Notes under the pieces: generated by a model
Database searches by the model: none
What the model saw: the letters and a program-made list of their open reading frames with translations, nothing else
Told to the model about the DNA's origin: nothing
Translations under genes and position numbers: made by a program
Part shown: positions 50,985-62,900 of the stretch, one piece after another
Numbering within the stretch: position 1 is the stretch's first letter
Layout: the number at the start of each line of letters is the position of its first letter
NCBI GenBank assembly: GCA_002269645.1
Contig: NIVC01001557.1
Location: 124,001 to 188,000, forward strand
Origin: Macrostomum lignano
Taxonomy: Eukaryota
Reading direction: 5' to 3'
Length of the DNA stretch: 64,000 nt

Positions 50985-51880
50985 GTCTCTGTGCCCCACT
51001 TAACTGTCTCTCTTATGTGTGCCCCACTCACCTGTAAATCTCGCTTATCTGTGCCCCACTCACCTGTATCTCTTATCTGTGCCCCACTCACCTGTATCTC
51101 TTATCTGTGCCCCACTCAACTTTGTCTCTCTTATCTGTGCCCCACTCACCTGTATCTCTTATCTGTGCCTCACTCACCTGTATCTCTCTTATCTGTGCCC
51201 CACTCACCTGTATCTCTTATCTGAGCCTCACTCACCTGTATCTCTTATCTGTGCCCCACTCACCTGTATCTCTTATCTGTGCCTCACTCACCTGTATCTC
51301 TTATCTGTGCCTCACTCACCTGTATCTCTTATCTGTGCCCCACTCACCTGTATCTCTTATCTGTGCCTCACTCACCTGTATCTCTCTTATCTGTGCCCCA
51401 CTCACCTGTATCTCTTATCTGTGCCTCACTCACCTGTATCTCTCTTATCTGTGCCCCACTCACCTGTAAATCTCGCTTATCTGTGCCCCACTCACCTGTA
51501 AATCTCTCTTATCTGTGCCCCACTCACCTGTATCTCTCTTGTCTGTGCCCCACTCACCTGTATCTCTCTTATCTGTGCCCCACTCAACTTTATCTCTCTT
51601 ATCTGTGCCCCACTCACCTGTATCTCTCTTGTCTGTGCCCCACTCACCTGTATCTCTTATCTGTGCCCCACTCAACTTTATCTCTCTTATCTGTGCCCCA
51701 CTCACCTGTATCTCTCTTATCTGTGCCCCACTCACCTGTATCTCTCTTGTCTGTGCCCCACTCACCTGTATCTCTTATCTGTGCCCCACTCACCTGAAAA
51801 TCTCTCCTATTTGAGCCCCACTCACCTGTAAATCTCGCTTATCTGTGCCCAACTCACCTGTAAATCTCGCTTATCTGTGC
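50985..51880. repeat. 28/30-bp minisatellite (TCTGTGCCCCACTCACCTGTATCTCTTA)n
   Basis: The minus strand of most units contains CAGGTGAGT. Confidence 0.96.
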
Positions 51881-52306
51881 CGCATTTATGTTTTTATATA
51901 TCTTATTAACAAATAATCTTTAAGGCTGTAGTCAGTGCAGGTTAATAGCTACAAATTAATAATGCGTGGACATGAAAAGAATCAACAATGAACAATATCC
52001 GAGCAAAACGTTACAATGACATTTTCGTATGCATACAAATATCATAAAGAGCATGAACAAGCGAGCAGCAAGCAAATGAAATAGTAGAAGGTAAAATTTT
52101 GGAATAAATAACCCGGGAAGAAGTATCATTAACATCAAGATAAATAAGCAGGATAATATTCAAATCAAAATTCTACACACAGTTGAAAATAGAAATTTAC
52201 AAATCAACTCCTGCCAAGCCATTCAACGAATGCAATGAAACGCACAAGGTTTGAGGTGTGACACTCGCCACAGGTATGGCGCGGCGTGAGGCAAACAAAT
52301 TGAAAA

Positions 52307-52883
52307 TCAGTCGGTGGCACCGCCGAGGTCCATCATGAAGTAGTCCTCAGATCCGCCGACTTCGCCAACGAGAGGCGCTGCGCTGTCAACTGTCGGGGGT
52401 TCCACAGAAGTGCCGGGACCCAGCAGGCTGTCCAACCGTCCAGGCGGTGTCCAGTAGGGATCCAAGTCGTCATCACCGTTCAGGCCCTTGTGCTCGTCCA
52501 GCTCCCGCTGCTGCTGATAGCTGTTCTGACGAAGGCAACTCCGTGTGGGCCGGAGCAGCATCGTGACGTAGCTGCCCTCATCGTCGGCTGATAGACGAGA
52601 CGGCTGCTGCGACACCGCGGCAGGGACGGCCAGCTCGCCAGACGACGAGGCCGTGGACTCGGACAGCGGCCGCATGCAGCTGGAGAGCGCCAGAGAAGGC
52701 GACGGGGAGGCGCCCGACGAACTAGCGATGTCGCACACGCCGAGCACTTCTCCGTCGGCTGGTTGAGCGGCTGGCCGACCGAACTTGTTGCCGTAGGAAA
52801 TCGCCCGGGGACGGAAACCGCGGAGCAGGCCGCCGCTGCTGCTAGCAGAGGGTGGCGCAGGAGTGAGCAGGTTCTGCTTGAGA
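52307..52883 (-). CDS. IRS: IRS exon 7 (GSYVTM, DPYWTP, EDYFMM; stop)
   Basis: cttgtcag|, phase 2; two more YxxM motifs; TGA at 52307-52309. The seven exons sum to 2202 nt (in frame). Further 3' exons are possible. Confidence 0.78.
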
Positions 52884-53295
52884 CTGACAAGGGGCCTATG
52901 GGGCCTGACCTAAAAACCTTGATTGATGATCTTGACCTAAAAACTTTGATGAATGACTCCTGACCTAAAAACTTTGATGAATTATCTTGACCTAAAAACC
53001 TTGATTAATGATTCCTGACCTAAAAAACTTGATCGATGATCCAGACCTAAAAGTACCTATGTTTAGACCTCAAAGCCTTGAATTTAGTTAGATACGATAG
53101 TTAATGATTCTGTCATTCTGACCTAAAAAAACCTAGATGGACTTTATTCCTATATGGATTTCTGACTTGAACATGGATTTTTAAAGCCAATAACTATACA
53201 TGTAGTATTATACTCGTAAAACAGAACCATAAAAGGGCTGCTCATGGCCTCAGTGGAAATACATGCAACCTTGATACGACTTCCCCGGAGAATAC

Positions 53296-53581
53296 CTGGT
53301 GCCGCAGTTAGCGCAAGAAGCGTTAAGCGAAGCCGCATCACTAGTCGTTCTCGGCCTTGAGAAACCCTGCTGCTCAGCGAATACCTGATGGCTGGATGAG
53401 TTGCGATGATGGTGCTGGTGCTGATGCTGGAATCGACTCCTAGATTGCATGTGCGGCGATCTCTGTTGCTGCTGCTGCTGCTGCGAATGATGGGGATGGT
53501 GCACGACGGGGTACTGGGAAAATAGTCCGCCCCGACTCTGTGGCCGGCATCCGATGCTGTTGGCACGACTGATGGGCGAGC
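53296..53581 (-). CDS. IRS: IRS exon 6 (Q/H-rich)
   Basis: ctcccgcag| and AG|gtattc; phase 1-2. Confidence 0.75.
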
Positions 53582-53609
53582 CTGCGGGAGCGTTGAAGAG
53601 GCTCTTGGT

Positions 53610-53993
53610 CTATGGGGGTGGCTGGAGTTGGTTTATGGGGGTGGTAAAGTTGGTTTATGGGGATGGTTGGAGTTGGTTTATGGGGATGGTAAAGTTGGTT
53701 TATGGGGATGGTAAAGTTGGTTTATGGGGGTGGTAAAGTTGGTTTATGGGGATGGTAAAGTTGGTGTATGGGGATGGTAGAGTTGGTCTATGGGGATGGT
53801 AAAGTTGGTCTATGGGGATGGTAAAGTTGGTTTATGGGGATGGTAAAGTTGGTTTATGGGGATGGTAAAGTTGGTTTATGGGGATGGTAAAGTTGGTTTA
53901 TGGGGATGGTTGGAGTTGGTTTATGGGGATGGTAAAGTTGGTTTATGGGGATGGTAAAGTTGGTTTATGGGAATGGTTGGAGTTGGTTTATGG
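53610..53993. repeat. 22-bp minisatellite (GGGGATGGTAAAGTTGGTTTAT)n, IRS intron 5
   Basis: Direct reading. Confidence 0.94.
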
Positions 53994-54040
53994 GCGCGAT
54001 TCTAAATCAGATTCTAGAAAACACACGAGTCGCTGCTCAC

Positions 54041-54109
54041 CTTGATGGTGCTGATGATGCTGCAGCTGCTCGTCAGCCGGACCGAAACCGCGGTGACCGG
54101 TTGACACGG
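54041..54109 (-). CDS. IRS: IRS exon 5 (69 nt)
   Basis: attttcag| and G|gtgagc; phase 1-1; His/Gln-rich. Confidence 0.7.
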
Positions 54110-55029
54110 CTGAAAATGAGGTCAAAAGGTTAAATCTAGCGGGTTTACGCTAATGCAGCAAGGTTGCTGGGACTGGATTACACGGAGCATAGGGGATTTA
54201 CCGTTTGAATCTTTAAGCAAATATCTTTACCGATTCGTTGCCAAAGGTCAGAGGTCACACGAGGACAAGACTGCTCATTTAACATCGATGTTTAACGAAT
54301 AGTTTAAGGTATATACAAATGCATAATAGCTGTCAAAGTACAATACAGAGAGGGTTCAGAAATATTATATTGGTTCAGAGTCAAGCAAAGGCTTACGGTG
54401 AACCCGCACAACAGGTAGGAGCTGGTTGTGCCGAGCCGCTGCTAGCACTGCAAATGCAGATAAAAAGGCAACCCACCCACCCAAGTTAGAAGACACGACT
54501 AATTAGGTCAGGCAAGGGAGCGTAGGACAGTGAGAAAAGCACTTGGGGGAAAATAGAAAATAGATAAGCGGAATCTGCAGTGCAATCTGTGCAACGCCTG
54601 ATAAAGGCATTGCATTAGACCGACCCTGTTCCGTTAGACTCGAAGTCATGACGATAAAAAATAAAAACAATTTCAATTAAAGAGCACATTGACAGTTAAA
54701 TGCAGCCGATATGTATCGTAGACTACTTTATAAGGCGGATAATTAATATAGAAAATAGTAAAGGACAATAAGGGCGGAAAAAATTGGAAAGGTCGCCTGT
54801 TCACACGCTGGCATTTGTGCTTATGCCAATTATTATATTATATCTGCGTTAGTACTATATTTAGCTAAGCGTATATAATAATGTAAATCTGTTAGTTGCC
54901 GGGGCAAGGCTGAAAGTTGGACTAAAGAATAAAGTGCAGAAAAACACGCGGTCGCGCGCGCGCTGAGACGAAATGCCAGCCAAAACATGGGGCTTCTGCC
55001 CCACACAGAGATTGTGGAGAGGAGAGGGT

Positions 55030-55064
<35 letters not shown>

Positions 55065-55224
55065 TAGAAAACACACAGACGCGCCTCTTACGTTGAGCGC
55101 GCAAAAACATTAGTATATAGGACTTAGTATAAATACACTGTATAATGTAAAGTTTATAATAAACAGCTGTACAAGCTTATAATAAGTAATCTTTGCGCTA
55201 AACAAAGCATTTAAGCATACTCGT

Positions 55225-55765
55225 AGCCGCCGGGTTTTGAAGGCTAATCTCTATGGTTTTTTGAAGTCTATTCTCATATAGTTAAAGGCCGACTCTGATA
55301 ATGTTTTGAAGGCCGTTTCTCATAGGGTTACATAAACCGATTCTGATAATGTTTTAAAGGCCGATTCTCATAGGGTTACATAAACCGATTCTGATAATTT
55401 TTTGAAGGCCGATTCTCATAGGGTTACATAAACCGATTCTGATAATTTTTTGAAGGCCGATTCTCATAGGGTTACATAAACCGATTCTGATAATGTTTTA
55501 AAGGCCGATTCTCATAGGGTTACATAAACCGATTCTGATAATTTTTTGAAGGTCGATTCTCATATGGATTTAGAAGCCGACTCTGATAATGTTTTAAAGG
55601 CCGATTCTGATAATGTTTTAAAGGCCGATTCTCATAGGGTCTTCTTCGATCGATTGAAGGATCGATTTTGATAATGTTTTAAAGGCCGATTTTTATAGGG
55701 TCTTGAAGGCCGATTTCACAGGGATTTAAAGGCCGATTCTCATAAGGGATTTAAAGGCCAAATTT
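55225..55765. repeat. Compound minisatellite built on (AAGGCCGATTCT) units, IRS intron 4
   Basis: ~49-bp higher-order unit made of two related halves. Confidence 0.9.
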
Positions 55766-55829
55766 TTGTAGGGTTTTGAAATTCCTAGCAGAAAGATGTA
55801 CAGCTCCAGCTTCGAAAATTTTTCCTTAC

Positions 55830-56137
55830 CACTCGGCCCTCTCTCGGAATCCCCACCGCCGCCAACGCCCGTCACTTCGCTGGTAGTCGACAAGGACATC
55901 GACGAATTCGGCGATCGACCTCGAAAAGCGATGCCGCCAGTGCCGCCAACATCGTTGCTACCCGTAGACATCTCCATCAGACAGTAATCTTCCTGTTGCT
56001 GCTGCTGTTGCTGGGCAGACGAACACTGCGATTGACAGTCTGGCGGCGGCAGGCTGAGGCCGCGACTTCCGCTACAGCTTCCGTCGGAGCCCAGGCCGCT
56101 GCTGGACTGGCTCGGCTTCATCTGAGCAGCACTCAAA
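55830..56137 (-). CDS. IRS: IRS exon 4 (EDYCLM, YxxM)
   Basis: ctacgcag| and G|gtaagg; phase 2-1. Confidence 0.8.
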
Positions 56138-56221
56138 CTGCGTAGAAGGGCGGGTTTACAGGGGGGCGTCTTTGAAAGGTTTCAGATTCAGAGGGCGATT
56201 TTTCGTATGGTTCTAAGCAAT

Positions 56222-56735
56222 ACCCAATAGGGTTCACAGGGCTATTCACAATAGGGTTCACAGGGCCATTTACAATGGTTCACAGGGCCATTTACAATAT
56301 GGTTCACAGGGCCATTCACAAGAGATTTCACAGTACCAATCACAATGTGGTTCACAGGGCTATTCACAATATGGTTCACAGGGCTATTCAAAATAGAATT
56401 CACAGTGCCATTCACATTAGGGTTCATAGGGCCATTACCAGTAGGGTTCACAGGGCCATTCCCAATAGGGTTCACAGGGCAATTCCCAATAGGTTCACAG
56501 GGCTATTCACAATAGGGTTCACAGGGCAATTCCCAATAGGTTCACAGGGCTATTCACAATAGGGTTCACAGGGCTATTCACAATAGAATTCAGTGCCATT
56601 CCCAATAGGGTTCACAGGGCTATTCCCAATAGGGTTCACAGTGCAATTCACAATAGGGTTCACAGGGCTATTCAAAATAGAATTCACAGTGCCATTCACA
56701 ATAGAATTCACCGGGCCATTCAGAATAGGGTTCAG
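56222..56735. repeat. ~24-bp minisatellite (CACAGGGCCATTCACAATAGGGTT), IRS intron 3
   Basis: Direct reading. Confidence 0.92.
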
Positions 56736-56819
56736 AAGCGAGGGTAATATTTACAAACACAAATAAAAATTTGGCTCAGTGCCAGACAAAAAAGCATGAA
56801 CTACTCAAGCAGCACTCAC

Positions 56820-57055
56820 ACACTCGCCCTGGCAGCGCAGTGAGCGCAGGCGGTACGCTGGTTGATGCAGTGCACCGAGGCGGGTCGCTGGGCCTGATAA
56901 TCATCCGCTGTCGAGCCCGATACTGTCGACGAAGTCTGTCGGGAATTGCGCCGATTTTTTCTGCTTTTAACAATCTCTAAGTCTCTGCTGCCGGTCTCGT
57001 ACAGGCAGCGGACCAGGTGCTCTACCAGCTCTTTGAATGGGGAGCTCTGCTCGGC
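56820..57055 (-). CDS. IRS: IRS exon 3
   Basis: tttag|GCCGAG and GT|gtgagt; open frame, phase 0-2. Confidence 0.78.
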
Positions 57056-57214
57056 CTAAAATGCAAAGTAAAAAATTATTTACGATACATATCGGCGATG
57101 ACTGCAACTGTTATTCTGTTAACAGTATTAGTAATAAGTTAATTCGCAATTGCACAAGTTGAGGCCCTCGGGTGTTTCATTTGCCACCAGTATCGGGTTT
57201 ATAACTTTAACATG

Positions 57215-57748
57215 TAGCAATTTAGCTTGTAACCTGCAGCTATTCAGCTTGTAACCTGCAGCTATTCAGCTTGTAACCTGCAGCTATTCAGCTTGCAACC
57301 TGCAGCAACCTGCAGCTATTCAGCTTGTAACCTGCAGCTATTCAGCTTGTAATCTGCAGCTATTCAGCTTGTAAACTGCAGCTATTCAGCTTGTAAACTG
57401 CAGCTATTCAGCTTGTAAACTGCAGCTATTCAGCTTGTAACCTGCAGCTATTCAGCTTGTAACCTGCAGCTATTCAGCTTGTAACCTGCAGCTATTCAGC
57501 TTGTAATCTGCAGCTATTCAGCTTGTAAACTGCAGCTATTCAGGTTGTAACCTGCAGCTATTCAGCTTGTAACCTGCAGCTATTCAGCTTGTAACCTGCA
57601 GCTATACAGCTTGTAACCTGCAGCTATTCAGGTTGTAACCTGCAGCTATTCAGGTTGTAACCTGCAGCTATTCAGGTTGTAACCTGCAGCTATTCAGCTT
57701 GTAACCTGCAGCTATTCAGCTTGTAACCTGCAGCTATTCAGCTTGTAC
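57215..57748. repeat. 22-bp minisatellite (CAGCTATTCAGCTTGTAACCTG)n, IRS intron 2
   Basis: Direct reading. Confidence 0.96.
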
Positions 57749-57806
57749 TTTATGTCAAAAATCATACTAGTCTACCCAGATAAGCGCGCATTATAACAAG
57801 CTTCAC

Positions 57807-58199
57807 CTTAAAGTGCAACAGACCCTCGCCCAGAGGGCTCAGCCGTCCCAAATCGATTTTCAGCAGATTGGAAACAGTAGAATGTGTACAGGAGCGGATG
57901 CAAGGGAACGGCAGGCTTAGCACGGGATTAAGGAGGTCATCTTTCACTAGCAGTACCGCCGAGTCAGTCAGGCAGAATCGATATTGCCCCGGTAAGTTCG
58001 GCTTGCCATGCTTAGAAGAGGCGGCGGCTAGCTCTTTGTTCTTCAGCGTGACGTTGACGCACTGCTTCAGTTCCGGCCATAGACAGTTGCGCTGCGCTGA
58101 GAAAATCTCGTTCAGGTGGAAATACCAGCGGCTGAGCTCGTCCTCCGTGTCGAATTCCAGGTACAGTGCCTCATCCTGGGCGGCGGTTGGCAACAAATA
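57807..58199 (-). CDS. IRS: IRS exon 2: PH C-terminal helix + IRS-type PTB
   Basis: DTEDELSRW; VTLKNKEL...NLPGQYRFCLT...IRSCTHS...IDLGRLSPLGEG. The phase-0 acceptor (gaag at 58200) is uncertain; the stronger cag at 58217 is phase 1. Confidence 0.85.
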
Positions 58200-58377
58200 C
58201 TTCGAATTACAGAGAGCTGGGAAACAGTTTTTTTAACGAAAACACGCTGTCACGGGAAGAAAGAACTGCCGAAAAAATATATCAAATCTTTGAAAGAAGA
58301 TACGATGTTTGTATAATAACCTAGGGAATTTTTAATGAAGACTACGTGCTTTACCGGGGCAAGAAGGGAATTTTTTT

Positions 58378-59435
58378 ATGAAGACAGCGGTGCTTAGAAG
58401 ACATGCTGTTTCCGAAAGACATGCTGTTTCTGAAAGAAGACTTGCTGTTTCTGAAAGAAGACATGCTGTTTCTGAAAGAAGACATGCTGTTTCTGAAAGA
58501 AGACATGCTGTTTCTGAAGGAAGACATGCTGTTTCTGAAAGAAGACATGCTGTTTCTGAAGGAAGACACGCTGTTTCTGAAGGAAGACATGCTGTTTCTG
58601 AAGGAAGACGTGCTGTTTCTGAAGGAAGACGTGCTGTTTCTGAAGGAAGACATGCTGTTTTTGAAAGAAGACATGCTGTTTCTGAAAGACATGCTGTTTC
58701 TGAAAGACATGCTGTTTCTGAAGGAAGACATGCTGTTTCTGAAGGAAGACATGCTGTTTTTGAAAGAAGACATGCTGTTTCTGAAGGAAGACATGCTGTT
58801 TTTGAAAGAAGACATGCTGTTTCTGAAAGACATGCTGTTTCTGAAAGACATGCTGTTTCTGAAGGAAGACATGCTGTTTCTGAAGGAAGACATGCTGTTT
58901 TTGAAAGAAGACATGCTGTTTCTGAAAGAAGACATGCTGTTTCGAAAAGAAGACATGCTGTTTCTGAAAGACATGCTGTTTCTGAAAGACATGCTGTTTC
59001 TGAAGGAAGACACGCTGTTTCTGAAGGAAGACATGCTGTTTCTGAAAGAAGACATGCTGTTTCTGAAAGAAGACATGCTGTTTCGAAAAGAAGACATGCT
59101 GTTTCTGAAAGACATGCTGTTTCTGAAAGACATGCTGTTTCTGAAGGAAGACACGCTGTTTCTGAAGGAAGACATGCTGTTTTTGAAAGAAGACATGCTG
59201 TTTCTGAAAGAAGACATGCTGTTTCGAAAAGAAGACATGCTGTTTCTGAAAGACATGCTGTTTCTGAAAGACATGCTGTTTCTGAAGGAAGACACGCTGT
59301 TTCTGAAGGAAGACATGCTGTTTCTGAAAGACATGCTGTCTCTGAAAGAAGAAATGCTGTTTCTGAAAGAAGACATGCTGTTTCCGAAAGAAGACATGCT
59401 GTTTCTGAAAGAAGACTTGCTGTTTCTGAAAGAAG
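58378..59435. repeat. 18/21-bp minisatellite (GAAGACATGCTGTTTCTGAA[G/A])n, IRS intron 1
   Basis: Unit lengths are multiples of 3, which explains the four 350-400 aa ORFs. Confidence 0.97.
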
Positions 59436-59583
59436 ACGTCAGGGCTTCTAAAAGGAAAATTAATTTGGTTTAGCAAAAGCAGAAGATCGATTTCTCTCAC
59501 AAGACCCGGCTGCTTCCGGCACGAACCCAGCAACACAGAGGATATGCATGGGGGGAGGGAAATTAATTTCCCAAATGACAAAC

Positions 59584-59916
59584 CTGAAGACAAACGCCCA
59601 GAATAGTCTGATTTGCTTTCTTAGTGCTTCTGGACAGCAGGATGACGTTGGCCAAATCGTAAACTCGCTTTGGCTCGCCTCTCTCGTAGCACTTCTTATT
59701 CTTATAGGCGTACAGAAAGTACCTCGGCGGCAAGTTCAGAGTGGATTTACCAGACTCAAAATCGTTAGTTAACGAGCTGCGTCTTGGCTGCGACTTGAGC
59801 ACAAAGAAGCGCTTCTTCTTGGCTTGGACCTCCTTGATATAGGCGAAGGCGATGGTGCTATCAGCGGCCTGAACGATGGTCATCGAGCTGTCCTCGAGCG
59901 AGGCGGTGTCCTCCAT
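59584..59916 (-). CDS. IRS: Insulin receptor substrate (IRS/chico-like), exon 1: PH domain
   Basis: KKKRFFVLK...YAYKNKKCYERGEPKRVYDLANV parallels the IRS PH motif HKRFFVL...YYENEKK...PKR.I.L. CAG|gtttgt donor. Confidence 0.85.
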
Positions 59917-62900
59917 CACGAACTGGCGAGGCTGGCTGGCAGCTCAGCGGCCGGGCAGCATCGGGAGGTCAAATTAAATTTAAGCAAATTGCAGATCTGC
60001 AAATTCAAAATAGGAAAGCAGCATAGAGCAATGGAGGCTGGCCTGATGCAGAGCGGCGGGGTGCAAAAAAAGACTCAAAACATGAAAATAGCGCAGGTTT
60101 ATTAGAGTGGACTCTCAGCACTGGGCCTGACCTGAGCAGCCCACTCTCGGCGGCCGCTCCGCCCACTGCATATGAGGGCATGAAGAATATTTGATAAATA
60201 AGACACCGCTACCGCTACTTAATACGAAAGGCTATCAACCAACACTGGGGGCACTCGAGAACAGCAGCCACCACCTCTGCACCCGAATCAGAGAGCACTA
60301 AATTAATAACACACTCTGGAGCTGGCAATTTAAAGCCTATTGTTATGATTAATTACCCAATTACAATTGCAAAGCAAGTTTTGTTTTTTTAAAGCAAGTT
60401 CACCATGTACTTTATATACGAAAATGAATTAACATTTCTCATGGATACTGTGGATGTCTGTTTTTATTATGAGAACTCTAGAGAACTGTATTATTCTGTT
60501 CTCTGTGCAGAATTACAGCTTTAGGTGTCCATGCACAGTACAGCAAAAATACAAAGCAATAAAACCTCTACTAGAACTTACTTGAATTAAAAAATCGTTT
60601 TATGTAAAGCGGTGCAGCGGTGAAGTGTGATAAGACTTCAACAAAAATTATCGCTAGTTCGGATTTCAATGCTGGTACTGGTACTGGTGTTTACAAACTC
60701 AGCTAAACTATATATATATATATATTTATATACATGCGAGCAGTTCGGAATTTGGCACAGTCCAGACGCACTCTTAAACCCCCACAGCCAATGGGAAAGC
60801 TCCGTCTCTACTGGACCCCATAACCCGCCTGCCCCGACATTCTAGACTGGCAAATCAGACGGCACCGCCTGCGCTCTCGCCTCGCTCTCTCCTTTAAAAA
60901 ATCCCTCACCCCCCCCCCAAATTGGGATTTTGGTGAGCTGATAGAAGAAAAGGACATAAATATTTTTGTGTATCTTCCTTTCATTTCATTTCTAGACCTC
61001 GCCTTCGCCGCCTCCTCTTTTTCACTCCGTCTGGCTCGCTCTGGTCTCCGGCCGGCTGAGGGCACGCCCCGAGCCGAGCGCATAGAGAGACCCACTCCCC
61101 CGATCTCCTCCTCGCCTATAGGAGAAAGGGAGCGGGGAAGGGCAAGGGAAGAGAGCAGGCAGAAGAAGAACAGTCGCCACACCAGACTGCTCCCAGAGCT
61201 AGCAATAGCTTAGTGCTCAATTCTGCTGCACAAGATTGAAGTGCCTAAGCAAATAAGCCTTTCTTTCCTTCCCCAATTCGGTACGCAGAAGTACATCCTC
61301 AATATCCCCTCCTACTGAAAGAGAACTCTGACTGGGATGGGGGATGGACAGGCAGCCAGAGAGAGAGCGGAGCGCGGCAAGTGCGCTCGGCTGTACAACT
61401 GGGTTGCTGAGGACAAACTCCTGGGGAAGAGAAAATTTCTTCCCCTTGAGACTGGGCGCCAGCTTTCACGTGACTGCTAGCCTAGTGAATCCCCATATTT
61501 CTCTCTATTGCCCAGCCAAAACATCCATAGAGCGCGGGAGTAGGTCGAATATAGATGCGAAGGGGAGAGGAGTATTGTTGATTAGCCAAACACAGGCAGC
61601 TGCTGAATGATTGAAAGTGAGGACTAGAGAGAGGCAGGAGACACAGAGAGAATGGCAAAGCAGCTGGGGCCATTAGAATTCAACTAGGACTACACGGGAA
61701 TAGAGTGGAGAGAGACCGGACTCACGCCCACAGCTTCACATCCAGACAAATTAACATCTAAGAACACGTGTAAACAACTCATTTACCACTACATCTGCCC
61801 CTCTCTTGCTTGTACTATCCTCAGACTCAAAACAGTAACTACCTACTGACTTGGGCCAACAACGTCCACATAAAGTTGAGTTCAAATAGATTCAACTAGA
61901 AGGGCATTATAAACAAGTTTACGTGACAGCCACAGGCCTAAAATTACCAATTTGGGAATTTTCTTATTATTTTATGACTTACCCCAAACAGATGCAGGTA
62001 GATCAATTATTGACCCACAATGTGTGCCAAAAACATGAGACTGATTCTCACCAACTAAATAATTGATATAATATAACTAAAAAACACTAGCAAAGAAAGC
62101 AAAAAAGTAATTATCCTACTAACAAAAGCAAGTAGTGAGGTGAGGTAAATTTACCTAAATGCTGATAAAAATTAAAAAAAAAATTATTACAAATAAAATA
62201 ATTAAAAATAATGCTGATTTTTTATAATAAGAGTTGCTAAATTCTATGCTCATTTATCTGTGCTCCTAATATATTCCAATCTTAAACTTTAGGTTCCATT
62301 GATGGTATGTCTCCTTTAGTTTAGTGCTAAAATATTTAATCTTTAATCCCTCATAGCCACTATTTTGTGGTCCTTAGTTATTAGACTTGAGTATCAACTT
62401 TTTTCTAAAATCTAAAGATTAAAATAAAACTTTATTTAGCTTAGACTATTATAGAAAACCTTTTAACATTAATGATTTAAACATTTGCTACCAACTCTTA
62501 CATTCATTGAGATTCATTGCTATAGTATAGAAATTTATATAATATTTAATCAATAATAAAAAAACTGAAGCCTTACTCACTTTCCACCATGAAATAAAGC
62601 TTTATGAAATGCAATTTTGGCATCTAGGATCAAAATTTAAAATCCAAAATCAAAGTTCATATGTCATAATACAAACTATTATACAAAATACAACCTAGTT
62701 TATTTTTATCATACTCTATTCATACCCTTTCATAATCTCACAAAGTATATCATACATATATACATACATATCTATTCTATATATAGAATAAGAAATGACA
62801 GATTTTTAAACAATGAATTCTGCTTTATTCAATAGTAGTCTAAACTAAAAAACTATTGAAGGGACTTGAGAGATATTATACATGCGCAACACCTGGGCAA

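Noticed and set aside
58351-59593. Four overlapping 350-400 aa repeat ORFs
   Set aside because: 18/21-bp minisatellite in IRS intron 1; stop-free because the unit length is 3n.
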